Shown: positions 1 to 10,178 of the stretch, one piece after another
How the letters are laid out: every line of letters begins with the position of its first letter
Numbering within the stretch: position 1 is the stretch's first letter
Origin: a virus
DNA: 64,000 nucleotides
IMG/VR virus record: IMGVR_UViG_3300007734_000759
Location: 87,154-151,153 of that record
Reading direction: 5' to 3' (one strand)
The notes under the pieces: model-generated
Told to the model about the DNA's origin: nothing
Seen by the model: only the letters and a program-made list of their open reading frames with translations
Database searches by the model: none
Program-made: the position numbers and the translations under genes

Positions 1-2
1 AT

Positions 3-473
3 CGTGTTATAAAACCTAACGTCGTAGACAGCTTTAAACAATACTTCTCTATATTCGACAGGCATAGAACGGAGTTCGAAAAGCAAGACTTAAATCAATA
101 CAAAACAAAAGAAGATGTATCCACATTGGTAAGAAAGGCAAAAAAGATTGCAAGGGCGATAGCAAAAGATCCATCTAAGGAAAAAGGAGTATCTCAGGAA
201 GCCAAATACAAACAATACTTAATAGGTACCGTGGATGGATTTAATGTTTACAAAATACCACAAGGAGCCACAAACCTGTATGGAATGAACTGCGAGCTAG
301 GTAAAGGAACAGAGTGGTGCACTGCTACTGAGAAAACAAAATTCCATTTTAACCATTATGTTAAAAAAGGACCGCTATATGTGTTTATAAAACCGAACTC
401 GAACGAGAAGTATCAATTTGCGTACGAAAGTGACGAGTACAGAGATAAGGACGACAAACGCTTACTTTGGTAA
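3..473 (+). CDS. 5'-truncated hypothetical phage protein with a GTxWCT motif
   Basis: Frame is open from nt 3 (RVIKPNVV...KQDLNQYK...CELGKGTEWCT...GPLY...KYQF), so the listed start at 126 is internal. Confidence 0.6.
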   Translation, partial: RVIKPNVVDSFKQYFSIFDRHRTEFEKQDLNQYKTKEDVSTLVRKAKKIARAIAKDPSKEKGVSQEAKYKQYLIGTVDGFNVYKIPQGATNLYGMNCELGKGTEWCTATEKTKFHFNHYVKKGPLYVFIKPNSNEKYQFAYESDEYRDKDDKRLLW

Positions 474-491
474 GTTAAACAATCACACATT

Positions 492-1079
492 ATGACAAAC
501 ATATACAACTTATTTAAGTTCTTAGAAAAAACCGAAGGACGACCAATTCCTCAGGCGGCAGAGCTGCTATATGGAGAACATAAACCAGGAGAGGACATCA
601 TATATGAACCAGAAACAGGAGGATTGTTGTTAGATTACTCAGTCTCTGTAAATCTTCCGGATAACCTTACAATAAAGGGCGATTTAACGATTGAAAATAG
701 TAAAGACATCACAACTTTGCCAAAAAACCTAACAGTAACAGGAAATTTGAAAATATGGAACACAGGAATATCAGACTGGCCTGAAGGTCTAACAGTAGGG
801 CGTAGCATAACCTTTGCAATGTCTCCTCTAGAACAAATACCTGATAACCTAACAGTAAACGGACATTTATTCATCAGAGGAAGTAGTGTAAAGGAGTTAC
901 CTAAGGGGTTACACGTAAAAGATCTATTAAATATTGCGAAAACGGAAATAGAAACTCTTCCTGCAGATCTTAAAGTGGATGAGGATTTGTTAGCCGGAGA
1001 GACCCTACTAGCGGAGAAGTATACAGAAGAACAAATCAGACAAATGTGTCCAGGAATACGAGGTTCGATTTATTTATAA
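492..1079 (+). CDS. LRR-like solenoid repeat protein
   Basis: About six ~21-aa repeats: LPDNLTIKGDL, LPKNLTVTGNL, WPEGLTVG, IPDNLTVNGHL, LPKGLHV, LPADLKV. Confidence 0.7.
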   Translation: MTNIYNLFKFLEKTEGRPIPQAAELLYGEHKPGEDIIYEPETGGLLLDYSVSVNLPDNLTIKGDLTIENSKDITTLPKNLTVTGNLKIWNTGISDWPEGLTVGRSITFAMSPLEQIPDNLTVNGHLFIRGSSVKELPKGLHVKDLLNIAKTEIETLPADLKVDEDLLAGETLLAEKYTEEQIRQMCPGIRGSIYL

Positions 1080-1093
1080 TAAAACACAATAAG

Positions 1094-1117
1094 ACCCTTG
1101 CCTAGCAAGGGTTTTTT
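1094..1117 (+). terminator. Intrinsic terminator, followed by a TATATTAA promoter-like element
   Basis: ACCCTTGC-cta-GCAAGGGT plus T-run. Confidence 0.75.
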
Positions 1118-1133
1118 AGTTATATTAAGGTAT

Positions 1134-2180
1134 ATGAAACCAGATTTTAAATCAATGCTTGATAACCTTGTGGAGGAAGAAGCAAAGGCTGTGAAGCAAT
1201 CAACCTTCCATAAACACTCACGAACAATGTTCGTAGATGGCTTGAATCTTTTCTTTCGCAACTTCGCTACTTTGAATTACATTAACCAAGATGGAGTGCA
1301 TATTGGAGGGTTAGCAGGTTTTCTTAGATCATTAGGAACTTTAATTAAAGTAATACAACCAACTTCTGTCTATTTGATATTCGACGGTATGGGTTCTTCC
1401 ACTAACAGGAAGAACCTTATACCCGAGTATAAATCAGGTCGAGGAGTCACAAGGATGACCAACTGGGATATTTTTGACTCAATTGAAGATGAGGATGAAG
1501 CAAAGTATGGACAGATTGCAAGATTAGTACACTACCTCAAATGTTTACCAGTTACTGTAATATCAATAGATAAAGCAGAGGCAGATGACGTTATTGCATA
1601 CTTAGCAAAAAAGGTAACACAATCAACACCACAATCCAAAGCATTCATTGTTTCATCAGATAAAGACTACTTACAATTAGTAAATGACGAGATTACTGTT
1701 TATAGACCTACTGAGAAAGATTTTTACACATACGCTACAGTTGTGGATAAAATGGGAGTCCTTCCTGAGAACTTTATTCTTCTAAAAACATTAACTGGAG
1801 ACAATTCAGATTCGGTAAAAGGAATTAAAGGAATGGGAGCAAAGACTGCTATTAAGTTATTTCCACAGTTGAAGACTGAACCTATTACATTTAACGATCT
1901 GATTACAATAGCTGAAAGCAAGTATAAAGATAACGTACTGTACTCTCGATTGATATTCGAAGAAGACCAGCTACGTAAGACACATAAGATTATGGATTTA
2001 CATAATCCAATCTTAGATGAGAGTCAGATTGAACTAATTAATGAACTAGCAAGCGCACCAACTCCAAAACTAAGACCAGGAGAGTTTTTGAAAATGTACC
2101 ATGAGGATGGTTTAGGACATATCCTAAAAGCACCTAATTACTGGATTGCTGAAACTTTTTCTACGATAAAAGGTTTCTAA
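1134..2180 (+). CDS. 5'-3' exonuclease (FEN / T4 RNase H-like)
   Basis: VDGLN, FDG, YKSGR, EADDVI, SSDKDYLQL, GDNSD..KGIKGMGAKTA; ATG 1134 preferred over TTG 1098. Confidence 0.9.
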   Translation: MKPDFKSMLDNLVEEEAKAVKQSTFHKHSRTMFVDGLNLFFRNFATLNYINQDGVHIGGLAGFLRSLGTLIKVIQPTSVYLIFDGMGSSTNRKNLIPEYKSGRGVTRMTNWDIFDSIEDEDEAKYGQIARLVHYLKCLPVTVISIDKAEADDVIAYLAKKVTQSTPQSKAFIVSSDKDYLQLVNDEITVYRPTEKDFYTYATVVDKMGVLPENFILLKTLTGDNSDSVKGIKGMGAKTAIKLFPQLKTEPITFNDLITIAESKYKDNVLYSRLIFEEDQLRKTHKIMDLHNPILDESQIELINELASAPTPKLRPGEFLKMYHEDGLGHILKAPNYWIAETFSTIKGF

Positions 2181-2219
2181 TCCAAAAAAGTTTCGTATAT
2201 TATATAAAAGGTTATTACA

Positions 2220-3587
2220 ATGACACTGCAAAATTTATCTGCATACGGTTTTTCTTTTCAAGTAAAAGTTTTATCAGGACTCTTAACACACAAAGAGTTT
2301 CTACAATCAGTTCACGATTCAATTAAAGAGGAGTATTTCGACAATGCTGCTCACAAATGGATCATCAACCAAATCCTCAAATACTACGATAAGTACCACA
2401 CAGTACCTACTATGGAAGTACTTAAAGTAGAAATGAAGAGAGTTGAAAACGAAGTACTCCAGCTATCAATCAAAGAACAGCTACGAGAGGCTTACAAATC
2501 AACTCAGGAGGATCTAAAATACGTTGAGGAAGAATTTAGTACATTCTGTAAGAACCAACAGTTAAAACAAGCGTTATTATCGTCCGTAGACTTACTTCAT
2601 GCAGGAGATTATGACTCAATCCGATATCTCGTTGATAAGGCGTTGAAATCCGGGCAAGACAAGAACCTAGGACATGAATATGATAAGAACATAGAATCAA
2701 GATTTAGAGAAGAGAATCGATTAGCAATCCCTACGCCATGGGCAGGAATCAACAACCTACTACAAGGAGGAATCGGTGGTGGTGACTTCGGATTGATATT
2801 TGGTAACCCTGGCGGAGGTAAGTCTTGGACGTTAATAGCGTTAGGTGGAGCAGCAGCTAAGTTAGGATATAACGTAGTACACTACACATTAGAACTGAGT
2901 GAAGATTATGTAGGAAGACGATACGATGCATTCTTTACAGGTATTCCGGTAGCAAATATCCTACAGCATAGAGCTGAAGTGGAGCAAGCACTGGAAGCAA
3001 TCCCAGGTAGAATTTTAATTAAAGAATTTCCAACAGGTAGAGCTTCAATCACAACTGTGGAGAATCATATACAAAAATGTATAGATCAAGAATTTAAACC
3101 AGACTTGATCATTATCGACTATGTAGACCTACTCACATCTAAGAAAAAATCTAAGGAGCGCAAAGATGAGATTGATGATATTTATCTCAACACCAAAGGT
3201 TTGGCCCGTGAATTGAAGATTCCAATCTGGAGTGTTTCACAGGTAAACCGATCAGGTGCAAAGGATGATATTATTGAAGGAGATAAAGCAGCAGGCTCAT
3301 ACGATAAGATTATGATTACAGATTTCGCAATGTCGTTAAGTAGAAAGAGGAAAGATAAAGTGGACGGTACAGGTCGATTCCACATTATGAAAAACCGTTA
3401 TGGAATGGATGGGATGACCTTTGCAGCTAAGTTAGATACATCAACAGGACATATTGATATCGATTTGCATGAGTTCGATGAGGATAGTATGGATACAAGT
3501 GATGCAGGCAGACCCGATAGAGCAGGCTTCGACAACTACGATAAGAAGCTACTAGCTAAGAAGTTTTTTGAATTAAGCAATCAATAA
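2220..3587 (+). CDS. Replicative DNA helicase, DnaB/gp41-like
   Basis: GNPGGGKS Walker A, TLELSE, IIIDYVDL, SQVNR, KNRYG. Confidence 0.9.
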   Translation: MTLQNLSAYGFSFQVKVLSGLLTHKEFLQSVHDSIKEEYFDNAAHKWIINQILKYYDKYHTVPTMEVLKVEMKRVENEVLQLSIKEQLREAYKSTQEDLKYVEEEFSTFCKNQQLKQALLSSVDLLHAGDYDSIRYLVDKALKSGQDKNLGHEYDKNIESRFREENRLAIPTPWAGINNLLQGGIGGGDFGLIFGNPGGGKSWTLIALGGAAAKLGYNVVHYTLELSEDYVGRRYDAFFTGIPVANILQHRAEVEQALEAIPGRILIKEFPTGRASITTVENHIQKCIDQEFKPDLIIIDYVDLLTSKKKSKERKDEIDDIYLNTKGLARELKIPIWSVSQVNRSGAKDDIIEGDKAAGSYDKIMITDFAMSLSRKRKDKVDGTGRFHIMKNRYGMDGMTFAAKLDTSTGHIDIDLHEFDEDSMDTSDAGRPDRAGFDNYDKKLLAKKFFELSNQ

Positions 3588-3600
3588 TTTATTTTAAAAT

Positions 3601-4551
3601 ATGTTAACACAGGAACGCAATTTCTATAAGCCATTCGAATATCAACAAGCATTCGATTTCTATAAAGATCAACACAGAGCCCACTGGCTAGCTGATGAAG
3701 TACCCCTTGCATCAGATCTTAACGACTGGAAGATGAAACTTACGGTGGAGGAGAAAAACCTTATCGGTAATATTCTAAAGTCATTTGCTCAAACAGAAGT
3801 ACACGTAAACGATTATTGGTCTTCAAAGGTATCTCAATGGTTTCCAAAGCCTGAGATTGTGGCTATGTCCTCTACTTTTGGTGCATTTGAAGCAATCCAT
3901 GCTGAGGCTTATGCACGTCTAAATGATGAGTTAGGCCTAGATGACTTCCAAGCTTTCTTAGAAGATGAGGCAGCAAAGAGTAAAATTGAACGATTACTAG
4001 ACACTAAATCAGAAACAATCGAGGAAAAAGCACAATCACTAGCCATTTTCTCAGCATTTACCGAAGGAGTTAATCTATTTTCATCGTTTGCTATCCTTAT
4101 GTCGTTCCAACTACGCAACCTAATGAAGGGTACAGGACAGATTGTAGAGTGGTCAGTACGTGATGAATCGCTACATTCTAAAGCAGGATGTTGGTTATTT
4201 AAGACTTTAATCTCAGAAAATCCACACTTAGATACTCCACAACTACGTAATTCTATCGTAGAAGCATGTGAATTATCAGTACAATTGGAGTTCGACTTCA
4301 TTGATAAAGCATTTGAGATGGGAGATATCGAAAACCTATCGAAAGTACAGCTAAAGAACTTTATTAAGCAGAGAGCCAACGAAAAGATGATAGAATTAGG
4401 ATATTCAGCAATTTATAACGATATTGACCCTAATTTACTACGTCAAATGGAGTGGTTTGGACACTTAACTTCAGGCAAAACACAGCAGGATTTCTTCGCT
4501 GGAAGGGTGACTTCCTACTCAAAATCCACCGCAGATTGGTCAGATTTATAA
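3601..4551 (+). CDS. nrdB: Ribonucleotide reductase class Ia beta subunit
   Basis: EAIHAEAY, FTEGVNLFSSF, RDESLH, terminal DFF..RVTSY. Confidence 0.95.
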   Translation: MLTQERNFYKPFEYQQAFDFYKDQHRAHWLADEVPLASDLNDWKMKLTVEEKNLIGNILKSFAQTEVHVNDYWSSKVSQWFPKPEIVAMSSTFGAFEAIHAEAYARLNDELGLDDFQAFLEDEAAKSKIERLLDTKSETIEEKAQSLAIFSAFTEGVNLFSSFAILMSFQLRNLMKGTGQIVEWSVRDESLHSKAGCWLFKTLISENPHLDTPQLRNSIVEACELSVQLEFDFIDKAFEMGDIENLSKVQLKNFIKQRANEKMIELGYSAIYNDIDPNLLRQMEWFGHLTSGKTQQDFFAGRVTSYSKSTADWSDL

Positions 4552-4559
4552 ACAATAAT

Positions 4560-5297
4560 ATGAAAAAATTAAATTTAAAACAAATTATCAAAGAAGAAAT
4601 ACGAAAAATATTAAAAGAAATCACAAATCCATATTCAGTTAATTGGGTTGAACCCACTAATGAGTATTTTACTCAAGAATTAAGTGAACTTCTTGGAAAT
4701 GAAATGAGGTTTTCTAAAAAAGAATTCTTTCACCCACAAAACTACGATTTGATGTATTCAATACTACCACACACTTTTAAGATGATAGCTGAACATGCAA
4801 AAGGTGAAGAAATCAAGAATGAACAGGAAATTAAAAAAATATTGTTAAATAAAGAAGTAGGGGAATTAATGGACGATTGGGGTGATTTTAGACATACCCT
4901 AATGAAAGATTCTGAAGCCAAAACAGAAGCTTTGAGTTTATTTAAAAAAGGTAAAATGGAAGAATGGCCTGATGATAAAATTAATAAAACTTATTACATG
5001 GGGTCATTTAATAAATTATTTCCAAAAATGTTTAAAGACACAACTACTTCTGGTTTAATGAAACAAATGAAAGGGGAAACTGGTGAAACCGAACCTCATT
5101 TCAAAGGTTACGAGAAAAATATCCAAGATTTTAGAAAAGAGAAAAAAAGAACATTACCACCACCATTTGTTATGAAATTACCATCAGGTGGGAGAGATGG
5201 AAATGAATACACATTAATTGGTGGTCATAAAAGATCTACAATAGCCAAACAATTAAATGTATCTCCTATATATGTTTGGTTTATAGATTTAGCATAA
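4560..5297 (+). CDS. Leader-bearing protein (LKQIIKEEI) with a C-terminal ParB/Srx-like motif, inserted between nrdB and nrdA
   Basis: Real start ATG 4560 (MKKLNLKQIIKEEIRKILKE); C-terminal PPPFV...YTLIGGHKR; AT-richer than flanks. Confidence 0.6.
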   Translation: MKKLNLKQIIKEEIRKILKEITNPYSVNWVEPTNEYFTQELSELLGNEMRFSKKEFFHPQNYDLMYSILPHTFKMIAEHAKGEEIKNEQEIKKILLNKEVGELMDDWGDFRHTLMKDSEAKTEALSLFKKGKMEEWPDDKINKTYYMGSFNKLFPKMFKDTTTSGLMKQMKGETGETEPHFKGYEKNIQDFRKEKKRTLPPPFVMKLPSGGRDGNEYTLIGGHKRSTIAKQLNVSPIYVWFIDLA

Positions 5298-5314
5298 ACT
5301 TTTAATAAAAATAT

Positions 5315-7033
5315 ATGAAAATAGATACTAGCACATGGACTAAGGGTAAACAATACCCTGTTTGGATGGATGAGATCGGCTTATCCACCGTATCCAATGG
5401 ATATTTACTACCCGATGAGAACGTATTTGATGCTTTTAGACGAGTTTCTAAAGCAGCAGCACGTAGATTAAGACGTAAAGACTTGCAACCGTTGTTTTAC
5501 GAAGCAATGACTAAGAACTGGTTGTGCCTTGCTTCACCTGTATTTTCTAATATGGGTACTGAAAGAGGAATGCCAATCTCTTGTTTTGGTATCGATGTAG
5601 ACGATTCTATTGAAGGAATTGCTGGAGCAAACTCTGAATTGATGCGTTTATCATCACAAGGTGGTGGAGTTGGCGTAGGAGTTTCTCGTATTAGAGGTAG
5701 AGGTAAGTCAATTAAAGACAATGGAGTATCTGAAGGAGTAGTACCTTGGTGTAAGATTTACGATTCAACTATCTTAGCAACCAACCAAGGTTCAGTAAGA
5801 AGAGGGGCAGCATCTGTAAACTTAGATATCAATCACCCAGACATCGAAGAGTTCTTAGGTATTCGCAGACCAAAAGGTGATGTAAACCGTCAATGTCTCA
5901 ACTTACACCAGTGTGTAGTAGTAGATGATAAGTTTATGAACAAGTTAGAAGATCGAGATGAGAAGTCTATGAAGTTGTGGGGAGAGATCCTAAAGACTCG
6001 ATTAGAGACAGGTGAACCTTATATCATGTTTAAGGATAATGTAAACAATGCAAATCCTGAAGCATATAAGAAGCACAGCTTAGAAGTTTCTATGACTAAC
6101 ATCTGCTCAGAGATTACTTTGTATACAGATCCTCTACACTCTTTCATTTGCTGCCTATCATCTTTGAACGTAGCTCGTTGGGAAGAGTGGAAGGAGTATA
6201 AGTTTGAAAATGGAATGTCTCTACCTGAGCTTACTTGTTGGTTCTTAGAAGGAGTACTTCAAGAGTTTATTGATAGAGCTAAGAACTTAAAGTTCATGGA
6301 AAACACAGTTCGTTCTGCAATTAAAGGTAGAGCAATCGGTGTAGGAGTTCTAGGATGGCATACCTTCTTACAAGATAAGAATATCCCATTCGTAGGTCTC
6401 CAAGCAAATGCAATGACTCGTAAGATCTTTGGATTCATTCAAGAAGAAGTATTGAAAGCATCACGTGATCAAGCTACTGAATATGGAGAACCAGAATGGT
6501 GTAAAGGAACAGGACTACGTCATACTCACCACACGGCCATTGCTCCAACAGTATCTAATGCAATTATCTCAGGAGGCGTAGCTGCATCTATCGAACCAAT
6601 CCCTGCAAACGTATACAATCTTAAATCAGCTAAAGGAGTATTCATCAAACGTAATCCTATCTTAGAGAGATTACTACAGCAAAAAGGATACAACATCGAT
6701 TCAGTGTGGGATCAGATTCTAAGAGACCACGGATCGGTAATGGGATTACCTGACTACATTCTAACTGATGAAGAGAAAGAAGTATTCCTAACCTTTAAAG
6801 AGATCAACCAGCTTGAGATTGTAAAACAGAATGGTATTAGACAGCAGTTCATTGACCAAGCAATATCTTTGAACCTATCCTTTGATCCAAATGATACACC
6901 AAAATGGATCTCACAAGTACACAAAGAGGCATGGAAGCAAGGAATTAAAACTCTATACTACCTAAGAACCGAATCAGTACTTAGAGGAGATAATCTCCAA
7001 AGGTTAAGCGATTGCATCAGTTGCGAAGCCTGA
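5315..7033 (+). CDS. nrdA: Ribonucleotide reductase class Ia alpha subunit (short, no ATP cone)
   Basis: PISCF, GGGVG, RRGA, TNICSEI, APTVS, KTLYY, C-terminal CISCEA. Confidence 0.95.
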   Translation: MKIDTSTWTKGKQYPVWMDEIGLSTVSNGYLLPDENVFDAFRRVSKAAARRLRRKDLQPLFYEAMTKNWLCLASPVFSNMGTERGMPISCFGIDVDDSIEGIAGANSELMRLSSQGGGVGVGVSRIRGRGKSIKDNGVSEGVVPWCKIYDSTILATNQGSVRRGAASVNLDINHPDIEEFLGIRRPKGDVNRQCLNLHQCVVVDDKFMNKLEDRDEKSMKLWGEILKTRLETGEPYIMFKDNVNNANPEAYKKHSLEVSMTNICSEITLYTDPLHSFICCLSSLNVARWEEWKEYKFENGMSLPELTCWFLEGVLQEFIDRAKNLKFMENTVRSAIKGRAIGVGVLGWHTFLQDKNIPFVGLQANAMTRKIFGFIQEEVLKASRDQATEYGEPEWCKGTGLRHTHHTAIAPTVSNAIISGGVAASIEPIPANVYNLKSAKGVFIKRNPILERLLQQKGYNIDSVWDQILRDHGSVMGLPDYILTDEEKEVFLTFKEINQLEIVKQNGIRQQFIDQAISLNLSFDPNDTPKWISQVHKEAWKQGIKTLYYLRTESVLRGDNLQRLSDCISCEA

Positions 7034-7050
7034 TTTGTTAAAAAACCTTA

Positions 7051-7077
7051 AAGGGAGTTGAAATATACTCCCTTTTT
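7051..7077 (+). terminator. Intrinsic terminator
   Basis: AAGGGAGT-n8-ACTCCCTT plus T-run. Confidence 0.75.
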
Positions 7078-7136
7078 ATTTTAACGTTGCAACAAACAAT
7101 ATTTATGCGTATCTTTAAGTATTAAACAGTTATAAC

Positions 7137-7385
7137 ATGAATGAACGTCAATCACTTTACGACTATTTAGGTCGAGCAGCAGGACCAGAGCTAGGATGGT
7201 CAGTAGCAAAATATGCAGGTAAGGTAAACGCTGTGGTAACACTAAGAGAAGTGCACACAACTTACTACAACGGAACAATAAACGTATACGACAAGAGTTT
7301 TCTCGATGAGTATTTTGCAAATCCACAACATGCACAAATTCTAGCATATGATAAAGAGCAGTACAATAAACGTAGAAACAAATGA
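7137..7385 (+). CDS. Hypothetical protein
   Basis: ORF directly after the TATCTTTA promoter at 7110. Confidence 0.6.
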   Translation: MNERQSLYDYLGRAAGPELGWSVAKYAGKVNAVVTLREVHTTYYNGTINVYDKSFLDEYFANPQHAQILAYDKEQYNKRRNK

Positions 7386-7672
7386 ATAGAGTAGCAGTAG
7401 ATATTGATTTAGATGACATCTACTATCAGATGAATAGAGCTGATAAGCAAATGATGGCTGAGTGGCTAGCTGAGGATGATATTATGGAGGCAGTAACTGA
7501 GATTACTTGGCCAGATCCACAAAGCAGTACTGAACAAGAATTACTACAAGCTATCAAAGCTGTTTGGGATAATAGATCTGTATTAGATAACTCTGACATA
7601 TCAATCCTAAACAGATTAGGTAATAAAACAGCATACGAAGGAATCACAGCTCCAGGTCACGGAGCATGTTAA
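7382..7672 (+). CDS. Hypothetical protein
   Basis: ATGA overlap with the upstream ORF. Confidence 0.6.
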   Translation: MNRVAVDIDLDDIYYQMNRADKQMMAEWLAEDDIMEAVTEITWPDPQSSTEQELLQAIKAVWDNRSVLDNSDISILNRLGNKTAYEGITAPGHGAC

Positions 7673-7681
7673 AAATAAAAT

Positions 7682-8233
7682 ATGAGTTATAGATCAACAA
7701 AATTATTTGACGGATTCAGTACAGTATTTCGTCAATGGGCTGCAGAAGGAACCCACTGCAAATATCTACATGGATATGATGTAGAGATTAGAGTAACATT
7801 TGAAGGTAAATTAGATCACCGTAACTGGGTATGGGACTTTGGAGGAATGAAACGAGCTAAAGGAACTATCGATGGTATGAATCCAAAAGCTTGGTTTGAT
7901 TATATGTTTGACCATACTACAATAGTAGCACAAGATGATCCATACCTATTCACCTTCCAAGAACTACACGACTGTGGAGTAATTCAACTAAGAATAGTAC
8001 CGAATGTAGGAGCAGAAAAGTTTGCTGAGTTTGTTTTCAATAAAGTTAACAACTTCGTACAAGAAGAAACTGAAGGACGAGTGCGAGTTGTAGAAGTTGA
8101 AGTTTTTGAAAACAATCGCAACAGTGCTATCTATACTTCAACTAATGAAAAGAAAGATTTACTATCTAAAAAATATGCTTCACGTAGAGATGATGAAGGA
8201 GCAGAAGATTGGGCAAACTATTTAAAAAAATAA
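7682..8233 (+). CDS. queD: 6-carboxy-5,6,7,8-tetrahydropterin synthase
   Basis: CKYLHGY, WVWDFG, FDHT, AEKFA, VFEN. Confidence 0.9.
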   Translation: MSYRSTKLFDGFSTVFRQWAAEGTHCKYLHGYDVEIRVTFEGKLDHRNWVWDFGGMKRAKGTIDGMNPKAWFDYMFDHTTIVAQDDPYLFTFQELHDCGVIQLRIVPNVGAEKFAEFVFNKVNNFVQEETEGRVRVVEVEVFENNRNSAIYTSTNEKKDLLSKKYASRRDDEGAEDWANYLKK

Positions 8234-8238
8234 ATAAT

Positions 8239-8493
8239 ATGAAAGGATTTTTATACTTTACAGCGGCTTGGTGTCAACCTTGTCAAACTTTAGGACCTGT
8301 AATGGATATGCTAAAAGCATCAGGAACCCCTGTTAAGAAAATTAACGTAGACTACGACACACAGTACGTGCAAGAATATAACGTAATGAATATTCCTACC
8401 ATCATTCTATTTGAGGAAGGAAGAGGGGAGTTGGGACGTCGGACAGGAGTACAAACTCAACAGTCGCTCATGGAGTGGTTTAATAATGGATAA
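8239..8493 (+). CDS. Thioredoxin
   Basis: FTAAWCQPC, INVD, NIPT. Confidence 0.9.
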   Translation: MKGFLYFTAAWCQPCQTLGPVMDMLKASGTPVKKINVDYDTQYVQEYNVMNIPTIILFEEGRGELGRRTGVQTQQSLMEWFNNG

Positions 8494-8550
8494 GATGCAG
8501 TGGATTACTACAACGACATTTGGAGAAATAAAATACAAGTACATAGTAAA

Positions 8551-9324
8551 ATGAATAAAAGAATACAAGATTACGATAAAGTACTTCCAGTTTTAGAACT
8601 ATACGTATGCGTTCAATCTGAAGGTTCTCGTCAAGGAAGACCTACGGTAGCAGTACGAACTACAGGATGTACTCATAGATGCTACTTCGGTGAAGGTGGT
8701 TGGTGTGATAGCTGGTATACAAGTATTCATCCGGAGAAAGGAAAGTTTACATTTAACGACATTGTTAGAATGTATGACGAGAATCCAACCATCAAAGAAA
8801 TGATGTTGACAGGAGGATCACCCACAATGCACCCAGCTCTAATTAACGAACTTACCCACTTTGCAAATGAAAGAGGTATCATCATCACAATGGAGACTGA
8901 AGGGTCGCATTACGTTGAAACTGACTACCCGATCGGATTACTTTCACTGAGTCCTAAGTTTGGTAACAGTGTACCTCAGGTAGGAGCAGTAACACCTATG
9001 GGAGATGTTGTCGATGAGAAGTTTGTAAAACAACACAACAAGTTTCGTCTAAACTACTCAGCAATCAAAGCAATGATGGACTTCCATTCCGACTATCATT
9101 TGAAACCGGTATGGGATGGAACAGAAGAAAACCTACAGGAGATTGAAGATGCTCGAGTGTTTTTAGAGATTCCAAAAGAGAAAGTATGGTTAATGCCAGC
9201 AGGTGATACTAGAGAGGAACTTATTAAGATGTATCCTATCTCAATTGAGAAAGCAGCAGAGATGGGTTATAACTGGACAGGTAGAGATCACATCATAGCA
9301 TACGATACTAAACGAGGAGTTTGA
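8551..9324 (+). CDS. queE: 7-carboxy-7-deazaguanine synthase (radical SAM)
   Basis: VQSEG, VRTTGCTHRC...WCDS, LTGGSP, ETEG, SLSPK; ATG 8551 preferred. Confidence 0.9.
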   Translation: MNKRIQDYDKVLPVLELYVCVQSEGSRQGRPTVAVRTTGCTHRCYFGEGGWCDSWYTSIHPEKGKFTFNDIVRMYDENPTIKEMMLTGGSPTMHPALINELTHFANERGIIITMETEGSHYVETDYPIGLLSLSPKFGNSVPQVGAVTPMGDVVDEKFVKQHNKFRLNYSAIKAMMDFHSDYHLKPVWDGTEENLQEIEDARVFLEIPKEKVWLMPAGDTREELIKMYPISIEKAAEMGYNWTGRDHIIAYDTKRGV

Positions 9325-9335
9325 TATTTATCTCT

Positions 9336-9641
9336 ATGAAAGATATTAAAACACCACAAGATTTTAAGGAAGCCTTGCAATCGCACAGCGAGGCTTTCTT
9401 TTTTCTATACTCAAACGGATGTGAGAGCTGTAGAGAGATTAAACCACAGGTAAGACTGTTTGAAAGTAAAACACAATCACATGCTCCTTTCTACAACGTT
9501 TCAACTTATGGAAAAGAAGCTTTAGTAGAAAGTCTTAAACTAGAATGGGTACCTACTTTAATTCACTTAACAGAGGGTAAAGTAAGACGTATCGAAGGAG
9601 CAGATAAAATTTTAGATTACATCAATGAACGTCCTTTTTGA
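9336..9641 (+). CDS. Thioredoxin-like protein
   Basis: GCESC, WVPTL. Confidence 0.75.
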   Translation: MKDIKTPQDFKEALQSHSEAFFFLYSNGCESCREIKPQVRLFESKTQSHAPFYNVSTYGKEALVESLKLEWVPTLIHLTEGKVRRIEGADKILDYINERPF

Positions 9642-10149
9642 CAGAAAAACAATCCAGGCCAGAGTAGAATACCTAGCTGTAAAGATATCGCAAGACCATT
9701 ACGATGACCCAACACCAGTTGTATTCATCTGTCTTTTGAATGGAGGATATATGTTCTTTTCCGATCTTACAAGAGAAATAGACTTTCCAATCGAGTGTGA
9801 GTTTATGAGAGTAAAGAGTTACGTATCTAAAAAGAAACAAGGGGATATTCAAATCACAAAAGATCTAGAAACTCCAGTCACAGGTAAGCACGTCTACATC
9901 GTAGACGACATTTACGATACAGGTAACACTATGAAAGCAGTAGCAGAGTACTTACATATTAAAGAACCTGCTTCTATTAATATGGTTACACTCACGAAGA
10001 GAAGAGAAAACAAAATCAATCCAACAGAGATTCCACATATTAGATCTTTCCTATATGGGTTTGAAATTAACGATGAGTGGATTATCGGATACGGCTGCGA
10101 TAAAGAAGACGGCACAGGAAGGAACATTCCAGGAATCGTTGCAATCTAA
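9625..10149 (+). CDS. hpt: Hypoxanthine/guanine phosphoribosyltransferase-like protein
   Basis: LLNGG, VKSY, VYIVDDIYDTGNTM PRPP loop, WIIGYGCD...RN. Confidence 0.85.
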   Translation: MNVLFDRKTIQARVEYLAVKISQDHYDDPTPVVFICLLNGGYMFFSDLTREIDFPIECEFMRVKSYVSKKKQGDIQITKDLETPVTGKHVYIVDDIYDTGNTMKAVAEYLHIKEPASINMVTLTKRRENKINPTEIPHIRSFLYGFEINDEWIIGYGCDKEDGTGRNIPGIVAI

Positions 10150-10178
10150 TCAATTGTTTTGTATATTAAGAGAAAAAT

